DNA of 64,000 nt from Zancudomyces culisetae HAW-14-8. Taxonomy: Eukaryota; Fungi; Kickxellomycota. Under the pieces are notes generated by a model. It was not told where the DNA came from and did not search any database. It saw only the letters and a program-made list of their open reading frames with translations. Shown here one piece after another: positions 1-10,024 of this stretch (positions are counted from its first letter, which is position 1; each line of letters opens with the position of its first letter). The stretch spans positions 310,001 to 374,000 of the forward strand of contig JBNJNM010000021.1 of assembly GCA_052426225.1 (NCBI GenBank), in the 5' to 3' direction. A program made the position numbers and the translations under genes.

Positions 1-830
1 GAAGTGAAGTTTATTTGCGTGTATTCCTAATCGCTGCGGAACCATTAGCTAATTAAGTCTTGAATGTACCTATAGCCTGTCTAACTATACAGAAAGCTTG
101 TACAAAGAGCTAAACATCATGGTGTGTATATTTGCTAGTACGATGCACTTACAAATCGGTGTGCTGATACGTTAGCGAGCTTGCATGCCTGTACTTTTTT
201 TTGACATTAGATAATCAGGTATCATTAATAAACCGAAAGACAGATTGCTGACAACGTTGTAATTGACGAAAACATTGACCAGAATCGGGGACACAGCTTT
301 AGGCCCTTGGGAAACCCCGTATTTTGTAACTGGTAGCCTATCGACTTTACTATTTGTCAATGGTTTAAATTGTATGTAATATTTGACCTGTCAAGAAATC
401 ATTACTGAATGGCAATAAATATATCCATGTTGTATACGATGCAGAAATAACCACATCAGCATTTCTATGAAAAATTGAGTAGACCTTGGATGTGAGATTT
501 TGTATAATATTTGTTTATTAGCTAGCGGGACTCTTGTTTACACATGACCGTGTGCTATGTTTTTTATGCGTATCCGTTTTATTTCGATAAATTGTAAGGC
601 TTTGAACCTAACTATCTATGCAGGTTAATGCGTCTAATAAAAACTAACAAGTAAAAGGCTTGGGTTATTTGCGGTATTTTCGGGAAAACTATGCTGAGAA
701 AAACGTATTAGCGACAGCACTCGTGATGATGTTATTACCGAATGCCCAGCTATACAAAAGTACTGATTACACCCAAGTGCTACAACAATCCCATTCCTAT
801 AGCGAGTTTTGTAAGTAAAATCTACTAAAT
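1..830 (-). mobile_element. Highly degenerate non-LTR (LINE-type) reverse transcriptase relic
   Basis: Minus-strand translations give RT-like motifs in the expected order across broken frames: FSQHSFPENT (~QHGFR), DFLTGQ, NSKVDRLPVTKYGVSQGPKAVSPILVNVFVN (~[24 protein letters not shown]), LLMIPDYL (decayed L(F/Y)ADD), QDLIS*WFRS. Boundaries approximate. Confidence 0.55.
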
Positions 831-1457
831 GATGACATTGGCCGAATATGTAACCAAGGGAGTAAACAGATATGACTACCCCAACAACCACCAATTACAT
901 TTTCTTTTTATACCTATTTTCCACAATCCACTATCTGGCCTCGAAAAATCGTGTTGCTTTTAAACATTGAATACTGAAACGCATGCTCAGGCTAATATTA
1001 CAAGCTCTAAAAGTGTGATAAAGCGACGTGCAAAATGCCTATTTTTTTGAACTATTTTTAACGTACGCCCAAATGAAGAATGGGGGTGGTTATTTACGAG
1101 GGAAATTCATGCGTATATAGGCATTCTAAATTGCAGATATGTTTTCAAAAAAAATAAATATATACAGAATTCATGACAATGATGTGATTGAGATTTTCTC
1201 CGAACTTTTTGGTTTAAAATAAAATGCGGAATGGTTTTGTTAATTGCATCATAATACAAAACCTTTTCCTTCGCTAAAGCGGGAAAGGAAGGGTATTGGG
1301 AAGTACATACGAGAGTACATTAAAAAACACATTGTTGGTGTGAACACCGTTACTTTACCACAAAAACGACACTTTCCACTTTTACAATTATAGTGACTAC
1401 TATTTTCTACATATTATATGCACAGTCCAAGAACATACTCAAAAAAAAATATGGAAT

Positions 1458-1480
1458 ACGGCATACGGCATACGGCATAC
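1458..1480 (+). repeat. Short tandem repeat (ACGGCAT)x3
   Basis: acggcat acggcat acggcat ac seen directly. Confidence 0.8.
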
Positions 1481-2266
1481 ATGCACTTTTATCGAATTTA
1501 GTGCCATCTAATTGTTTGGAAAGTACTTCAGCTGAACACCACTGTTTCAGCCTGTGCACATTCGTCAAAACGTACCTATTCAAGTGTGAGGATAGATTAT
1601 TATTACTATTTGCATTTGCATTTGGTAAGTATGAGTGTGCTGGAGTCATAAAAATGGGACTCAAAACAGAAATAAATTCAAATGTATTATCACCAAGCAC
1701 GGAGAAATAATGCATTTAGTATGCCAAAAGATGCAATTTTCTATTTAATTTATCTATTCTCTGCGTATTTTTACACTCACCCAACGTTATAGCGCTAGAA
1801 TGGTCACCTTATAGATAATCTATGTGTGTAACTCGACAATACCACGCACTTGACAAAATATATCACATGGACTTGGTGTTATTCAGAAGTCCACATGTCA
1901 AAGTTGGCGTTGATAGACCTATGGAATTTGACTTTGTATTTTCTTTGCTTTTTTTCTAATCATCAGGTGCAACCCACCCGTTTTTTTTTACCACCTTTCA
2001 ACAAGAAATGTACACACAACTATACAGTGATGTAATGCTACACTAATTGGTGATGAGGTAATATGTCCTTACACCATTTCCAATAAATTTTTGCAAGTAA
2101 TGGGAGGGATTTTCGACATAAAATTTTTTTTCCATATATTATAAGTTAGGAGGTGGTTGGTATCCAATAGGCTTGAAACGAGAGGATCCAGTTTGGAATA
2201 TCAAATTTGCCAGATTTACCATTTTGCTATAACAACATTTATAGGACGTGGTTGAGATTTTCGCGC

Positions 2267-2375
2267 AAAAGGGCAAATAGGCAAAAAGGCCAAAAAAGGG
2301 TCAAAAAAGGCAGAAAAAAGGCAAAAAAAAAGGCAAAAAAACAACAAAAAAACAAAAGAAAACAAAGGGAAAAAA
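2267..2375 (+). repeat. Degenerate GGC(A)n minisatellite forming phased A-tracts in the aminopeptidase promoter
   Basis: A-runs end at 2277, 2287, 2297, 2308, 2319, 2331, 2341, 2352, 2362. Confidence 0.75.
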
Positions 2376-2441
2376 GGGTTTATCCACATTTCTTCCAGAT
2401 TCAACCACTCATTCCCATCTACTATTTAAAACAAACAAGCA

Positions 2442-4052
2442 ATGTTCTCAACTGCTTTAAATCTTTTTGCAAAAAGAAATCTTGCCTATACTAATAAATC
2501 TTTAGCAGCAGGAATCAGGAAAATGAGTTCAGCAACAGAGAGCGCTTCCACCAAAGGTGTTGTAGTTGGTTTATACAACAATTGTAAGTTCGCACACCCA
2601 AATGGCGATTCCATCGTATCAGATACCACCAGCTCAAGAATCCTTGAGGAAATAAAAGCACGCAAGATGAAATGTAACCCAGGTGACTGTCACTTGTTTT
2701 ATGAGCGTGGCCAAGATGGAAAAATCGCTAGACAGATAGCGGTCGTAGGATTGGGAGATAAGGAAACCGACTCAATTACAGCTCTTGAAAATGCACGGAT
2801 TGCTTTTGGGGCGGGTGTCCGCGCGCTAGAGGAATACAAAATAAGCAACATTGAGATTGAAGCGTCTTCAAGCCCACAATCTGCTGCCGAAGGAGTATAC
2901 TTGGCTACATACAAATATGATGCTATGAAATCAACCAAAGAGCCACGAAACACAAAGATTGAACCAATAGGTGTGGATAATGGTGCTCTCGATGCCTGGA
3001 AAAGGGGCATGATTTATGCACAGTCACAAAACTGGGCACGAACTCTGGCAAATACACCCGCAAATCTCATGACACCAACGATCTTTGGAGAAGAATGTAT
3101 CAAAGAGCTTTCAAATCTTGAAAATGTCACTGTCAATGTGTATGACAAAGAATGGATAGAACAGCACAAAATGGGTGCCTTTTTGAGTGTTGCTGTAGGC
3201 TCAGATCAACCTCCCAAATTTGTTGAAATCATATACAAAGGAGGAAAAGAGGGAGAACAGCCAATTGCTTATGTAGGCAAAGGTATAACATTTGATAGTG
3301 GTGGTATCAGTATTAAGCCTTCAAAAGGTATGGATCTAATGAAGGGTGATATGGGTGGAGCAGCAGCAGTTGTTGCTGCAATGCGTGGAATAGCCGCCTT
3401 GAAACTCCCTATCAACGCTGTTTGTTGTGTACCACTAACAGAGAATTTGCCAAGCGGAAAGGCCACAAAGCCAGGCGATGTTGTAGTTGCAATGAATGGA
3501 AAAACAGTTGAAGTTTTGAATACAGACGCAGAGGGCCGCATGGTGCTCGCAGACGCCCTAACATACGTGGTCGAGTACCACAAGCCCACTACCGTTGTCG
3601 ATGTGGCCACTCTTACTGGTGCAATTGTTGTTGCTCTGGGTGACGCATACTCGGGTGTCTTTACCCAATCGTCAGATTTGTGGAAGCGTTTGAAATCTTC
3701 AGGTGTCAAGACTGGTGACGAATTTTGGAGAATGCCAATGCATTCCATCTATGCAAAAGCTATGGAAAGTAAGGTGGCCGACCTACAGAATATTTCCTCC
3801 GGTAAAGGAGCCGGATCCGCAAGCGCCGCGATGTTTTTAAAGGAATTTGTTGGCCCAGTACAAAAGCCAGAAGATTATACCGAGACCAAGGGCGAGGCTG
3901 TATCCGAGAGAATCCCAAGATGGGCTCATATTGACATAGCTGGAACCATGGACACTGATAGCAATAGCGGTCATCAGGTTAGAGGAATGACAGGAAGACC
4001 CACCCGAACTTTGATTGAGCTTGCCCAGACCCTTCTTGAAAACCCATACTAA
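2442..4052 (+). CDS. M17 family leucine (cytosol) aminopeptidase with likely mitochondrial presequence
   Basis: Single 536-aa ORF; M17 metal-binding motifs VGKGITFDSGG, MKGDMGGAA, NTDAEGR, ATLTGA, WAHIDIAG. Confidence 0.97.
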   Translation: MFSTALNLFAKRNLAYTNKSLAAGIRKMSSATESASTKGVVVGLYNNCKFAHPNGDSIVSDTTSSRILEEIKARKMKCNPGDCHLFYERGQDGKIARQIAVVGLGDKETDSITALENARIAFGAGVRALEEYKISNIEIEASSSPQSAAEGVYLATYKYDAMKSTKEPRNTKIEPIGVDNGALDAWKRGMIYAQSQNWARTLANTPANLMTPTIFGEECIKELSNLENVTVNVYDKEWIEQHKMGAFLSVAVGSDQPPKFVEIIYKGGKEGEQPIAYVGKGITFDSGGISIKPSKGMDLMKGDMGGAAAVVAAMRGIAALKLPINAVCCVPLTENLPSGKATKPGDVVVAMNGKTVEVLNTDAEGRMVLADALTYVVEYHKPTTVVDVATLTGAIVVALGDAYSGVFTQSSDLWKRLKSSGVKTGDEFWRMPMHSIYAKAMESKVADLQNISSGKGAGSASAAMFLKEFVGPVQKPEDYTETKGEAVSERIPRWAHIDIAGTMDTDSNSGHQVRGMTGRPTRTLIELAQTLLENPY

Positions 4053-6363
4053 CTGTCAAATGATTTGGCTTTACTGTTTTTCTTTTTTTTCTATTTTCAA
4101 ATATATTATGCTTTTACATTTTGTCTTGCATCATCACCATCCCGCCGCTCTGACTTAGTCATAAATTTTTATTAAAAGTTGAAACTGGAAGGCACTATGT
4201 TTGTAAGTGGGTTTACTGGGTAAATAATGCAAACAAATTTATGCGGAATACTAAATAAGCTATAAAATTGCGATAAGCTCATATTTGGTTGTGTATACAA
4301 CTGAGCATGTCAATGAAGCATAAATACTTTATATTTGAGTGCATCATTTTCGGTGTCACGTTTAGTTTAATCAGGTGCTTTTTACTTCTTGTGTAATATA
4401 TGCTTAGAAGACGGTTATATTGGTTTCATGATGATTTGAATTGGGATTTTCATTTACTAGTAGAAACCATAGGAATATGCTTGAACTGGTAATATTGCAA
4501 AAGCGGAAAAGAACTGTCAGTACATTTCAAACTCCAGCACCCTGCCTCGAATAGGCTGGCACTTGGGAGGTGGGATGGATATGAAGGCTCGATAAGGTTA
4601 AAGGGTTCCAGGATTACGGCCGGCTAACATGGTTGCTAAAAACAGTCAAGAAACCTGTTTTAAACAGTTTCTGCTTAGCAAAAAAAAGATAAGTAATAGT
4701 AAAAACAACATCAGATTATTTTTCTATCACCATATCCAACCTCGCTCCATGTGTTTGATTTAATATGTCTCAAGTTTGTGATGATTCGCAGTCAACACAA
4801 CAACAACCATATCGATTTCAGATCTGAATCAAAGTAGTATTAGGTACTTGAAGAAATCAGAATCAATAAGTGACCTATATAATTGGACAGCATCATAACA
4901 CATAAACCATGCTGGCTTTATCAATTCCCGCATTTCAAAACAACAAGGAATAAAGCCTTTCACTTGAGTGAAAAACTGAGACGCATTACAATCCAAATTT
5001 ATGTCAAACTCAATAATGTCACGGGTACATCATGAGGGTGTTTACGATAAGTGGTCACGCGACAATTGTGAAATTGATTTAATAAAACGCCGTTTATTCT
5101 TTCTGCCTTCCATCACCTAATTATTAACAGCAGGTGTCAGTACGTAGATCAAAATCGATGGCGTTGCAAGTGCCACCCACAAAGAGAGCATAGAGATTGA
5201 TGGGACTGTGTGTCCTCATACACACATATAGATATAGATTGTTTATGCGCTTTGATAAACTTAATAATCAAGTTCACCATTAGCCCACCCCTTTTTTTGA
5301 GGTTTTTTTCCCGTGTCAGTTTATGTTCGATAAGGTGGAGGAAAGAAGCACAAGGTTGTTGATATTTCTTATCGATCTGGCAGATTCATGCCAAATTTTG
5401 TTTGATTTTTAAAACCGGGAAGGGGGGGAGGTGAAGGCACTATGAAGTAATGATGGAAAACATAAAAAACATTTAATACATCTGTTTTGTGACCTGGATT
5501 TCGGCTCCCGTGAGTTCTGAAGATCATTACATAATTTCTGCAAAATCAGCCAGAAAATGAATTTGTGAAATTTACGCATTGTCCATCGATAATGCTAAAT
5601 GGTGTTACTGTTTGTGAAAGTATGTAATATGATTTGTGGAGTGGTTACGTTTTTTTTTTTTGTTTTGCCAATTTCCAGAACAAGTGGGACAGAGGAGCGG
5701 AGAGTTCCGAATATCAGTGCTCTATTTGTTTTGGCTACCAGGACGCTGAAATTGCATTGTCATGCTAGGTGCGCAAATCAAAATCGCTGATAAATGACAA
5801 ATAAAACACACCACCTACAATTTTCATCAAATCCCGGGTAGGTATTTAAAAACTGCAAGCCTATTCTCAGGCTTATGACTGAGTTCCAGAAAAGGAACAA
5901 ACCATAATTATATTGATTAAAACTAACCAAGAAATTGTGAGTGTTTGCACCCGCCAAGTTATATTGGATTCTAACAAAGCCGTTGCATAATTCTCCTGGG
6001 TAGATTGTACGTGGCCATTGGCTATGTAAACAAACTGTTTTTTTTAATGGAACATTATTTTTAAATCGATATGTAGTTTTGCATTACTAGAAAAGACGGA
6101 ATAAACTACATTGACAAGAACAATTACAAGAACATTAATGGACTGCGCGACGAAAAAAAAAAAGTATATATATGCGGCAATGTTCCGCACTTTCTGTCAA
6201 AGTTAGAAATAAGAAAAACCACTTTTAACACAGCTTATTTACACGAGTACAAAAGTACATATTGTTTTTATTGTAGTGGCAATCATAAATTAAATCAGTA
6301 ACCTTATATTACTCCCCTAGATTTAAAAGACTTCTCTTTAAACTTCTCAAAGCCAACTAGACA

Positions 6364-6633
6364 ATGGATTCTCAAAAACTAAAAGGGTTCGAGTGTGGTT
6401 GTGTAGAAACCAGAGAGAGACCTGGTACAGAAAACGTAGAAAACCGATCAGACATTAGCAGAGACTGGTGTAATGAAACTCAAAAACACTTTAATGAAAT
6501 GTATGGAAAAGGTGGGTGCAGCCCGCGCGCACATTCCAAGTACAGCAAGGTGGTTCATAGTGATTTTTGTGAGTGTCGTGGCACAGGTGTAGGATGTGCA
6601 TGTTACTCTGACTGCATCTGCGGTAGTAACTGA
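6364..6633 (+). CDS. Small Cys-rich metallothionein-like protein (89 aa)
   Basis: ATG in ACAATGG context; TATA-like tatatata near 6165; 10 Cys including N-terminal CGC and C-terminal CxC-x6-CxC-x3-CxC; coding-like GC versus flanks. Confidence 0.65.
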   Translation: MDSQKLKGFECGCVETRERPGTENVENRSDISRDWCNETQKHFNEMYGKGGCSPRAHSKYSKVVHSDFCECRGTGVGCACYSDCICGSN

Positions 6634-8364
6634 TTCAAGACTTTGATTCCAAGTGTGTTGGAAATTCTTTGTATTGAAAACAGCGGGGTGGGGTTCTTTC
6701 CGCTCTGGTATCTGTCACTATTAGTACTTTCAGGGTAGTGGATTTTGGGGGCCGGCTCTCGCAAATGATGATTTTTTGATATGTGGTGATGATCAACGCG
6801 GTGGTGTCCTCGCCTGGATATCTCAGGGTGGGGTGTATTGGTGTTTCATCTGGCAAATACATTGGGTATCTGCCACATTATCACTATTTATTTATTAGTT
6901 GATATTTTTAACTTGTATTTTAACGATTCATGCTATTATTGACAATAAATACGATTTTAGCGCGAAACTCGTGATCCTTGTGTTATTTTTTGTCGATTTC
7001 TAATCTTTGCTGTAGCAAATAACGCCACATCAAGGTAATAACTGGCCTAATACCTTTGAGTAGTTTGTGCTATTTAAAGGTTACACACCAACCCAATTAT
7101 ACGGGTATCAATGCGAATGAGCCTTTGTTTTTTTTAAAATTTCTGTTAAATAGCTTAGACTTGGTGTTTTTCTCTCAACAAAATCTTACTTGAAAGACTG
7201 TATTGCAAATAAGAAACTGGTGATGTATTTTAGAATTTCTCATACTTGTCTATTTATTATCGTTGGTGCAGTTCCAAAGATAGCTTGAATAGGTTTGAAT
7301 ATAACCTTCAAGAAATAATTATCAAAAGATACTGTCCAAATTCATAAATGGTTCCCATATCTATCTAATACAGTGAGCAAAAGCCCCATATGTAATATAT
7401 CTGTAGAATTGGTTTCCAACCGCAGAACCACCCTATCATAATATTTTTTTCTTCTGTTATCTTGTGCCAGTTTGTTTGCCTTTTTTCAAAGCTAGATAAA
7501 AGGTGAAAAAGTAGCATGGGAATTACATTTTACCATGGGATCTGCCCAGTTTTGGGTAATCTTGATACATCATTACCAAAAATGGATATTTCGATGTGTT
7601 AATGTAGTAGTAGTCTTATATGGGCCAATGGAGATTTCACATTATTTCGATATTGCATACTAAATAAAATAAAATGTAGTACACTTACCATAGTTGCAAT
7701 TAATTTAAATTGCGTTCCATTGGCTCGAACACCATATTATTTCTTGTTTCTGGAATTAAGATATTCTCTCTTGGCAAAGCTTAATAATTGGTCATATTTT
7801 AGGCAAAAATTAACAAACGGGGTTAATTATTTTACTTTTTGCCATGCCTAGATGGGATCACGAGTAATACCCATGGTACTTTCAAGTGCCATTTTTGTCG
7901 ATTATTGGATAAAAATTGTGGTTTAAATTAATATCATTTATTGGCTGGCCATTTATATTTGGAATCCTAAAGCTCTTTTATTACAATGGAATATTTCGAT
8001 AATTATTGGCATATGATACAGATGTAAATAAAACGTGAATCAATTTAGATGGCCAATGAACAATAGGTGCTAGCTTTAGACGACAAAAATATATATCATG
8101 ACATTTTTAATTATAGAGACTCTTTCAAAAAAATAATAAAGTAAACAATAAAATTGGACGAAAAAATAATTTTGAAAACCTAGAAAGATGATTTAAAAAA
8201 AAAACTTGGGATACGCACAAACAACAAAAAAAAAAAGAAACATAAAAGCAAAGAGAAAATACCATTTTTCTGGTATTGTTATATTATTAATGGTACTAGG
8301 ATTATTTTTAATAAACTGTGTAAACCACAAAAAGAGCTTAAATAAGTATCAATAAAAAAATATA

Positions 8365-9520
8365 ATGGACAAGCGTAATCAAGATTTTGGCGAGGATTTT
8401 GGGCATGATGACTTGGCAGGTACCAGACAAGCATACACAAGTAACCAACCCACAGCGCCTGTTCTCACATTTAATCCACCCAAGTTTGCTGTTGAGCACC
8501 CAGTTTCCTCGGATAGTGCCTATGAAGCGCTAATGAATGTTATTGGTAGTACTCTTGGATTCTTTGGTCAGGTAAGTGCAGTTGAGACTGAACCTATTTG
8601 TTATCCACTTTGACATTCTGTAAATTAAAGGACAAATGTAAAATATGCAGGATCTAAACATGCGTACATATGTAAATATAAAATAGATTCCATGCTGTAT
8701 TTGTTTCCCAACACCGTTCAAAACTGTGCGGCAGGGAGAAATAGGTTTGATTTCCAGGTTTGGAAAGTACTACAAAACAACTGACCCAGGTCTTGTGTAC
8801 GTAAACTTAGTCACAGAGGGGTTGACAAGGGTAGATGTCAAGATACAGATATCTATAGTATCCAGTATACCAATCGTCACAAAGGACAATGTAAACATCC
8901 ACATCGACGCTGTCTTGTACTGGCACATAATAGACCCATACCTTGCGACTTTTGGGGTGAGCAATGTATCACAGGCATTGATTGAAAGGAGTCAAACAAC
9001 TCTTAGATCGGTTTTGGGCAGTCGTTTGCTACAGGATCTGATTGAAAACAGAGAGACTATTGCGGAGTCTATAACCGATCTGATTGATGGCCCTTCACAA
9101 CAATGGGGTGTTAAGGTTGAGTCGATCTTGATCAAGGATATTGTTTTCTCTGAATCATTGCAGAAATCGCTTTCATCAGCGGCAACACAAAAGAGAATTG
9201 GTCAATCCAAGGTTATAGCAGCACAAGCCGAAGTTGATTCAGCAAAACTCATGAGAGAAGCCGCTGAAATTCTCAACACACCTGCTGCAATGCAAATTCG
9301 GTACCTGGAGACACTACAAGCAATGAGTAATGCCGCAGGAACCAAAGTTATGTTTGTCCCAATGTCGGAATCCAGTGGAATGCACGGGTTCAATGCTATG
9401 CCTAGCGGAGCACCAATGCTTCCAAGCTCAAGCGGAGGGGCTATGAAAGGAGGAAATACATCACATATTGACAGCGGAGTTAAAGAAGCCGCAATTTTTG
9501 AAACCTTGGCAGACCTGTAG
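8365..9520 (+). CDS. Stomatin / band-7 (SPFH) family protein; exons 8365-8571, 8687-9520
   Basis: GTAAGT..AAATAG intron 8572-8686 joins frames (FFGQ|IPCCICFPTPFKTVRQG); SPFH motifs RFGKY, TKDNV, QTTLRSVLG, WGVKVESILIKD, AMQIRYLETL. Confidence 0.95.
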
Positions 9521-10024
9521 TCCTATTGCTTTAGTATAATTTTTTTAATGTTGTAGTTTAGCTGTCTATGCTGTTCCAGTTTCATTTTTATTTAATCTAG
9601 TGTGCTAATTTAATTAAGTTAACTTTGATATAGGGTTTTTGCTAAACTCAATATAATGATATTATCAATTTGGTTTGCACCTTTGCACATTTGAGATGAA
9701 GTTTAATGGTTTTTTTTGTGAATTTGGTCGAGTAGAGTGCGTATATTTGTGGATACCAATATCCTATTGTTAGTGAAAATGTTAAAAAATATGGCGACGA
9801 TCAGGAAAGTGTATATTACAATTGGGCATTTACTAGTCACGTCATTGATAAACAAAAACTATCATAAATCATCTTATCGAGATTATCAAACAAATAGACT
9901 GTAGTAGAGTTATCCAGCTAATATATAAAACTAAGCTCCAAGGAAATAATTAAACCAAATATAGAGAAGAATGTAGTTGGATTATAAGAGGGGTTCGCAT
10001 GGGCGTGTATGTAAGAGTAGAGTG

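Noticed and set aside
2207-2494. Lys-rich and Phe-rich short ORFs in promoter regions (also ~26583, 46676, 57677)
   Set aside because: Artefacts of A-tracts; mostly non-ATG starts and no coding signal.
4500-5000. Possible DIRS/tyrosine-recombinase relic and a small hairpin near 4649-4672
   Set aside because: Only vague peptide resemblance (W..L..HP; AGID); not supportable without a search.
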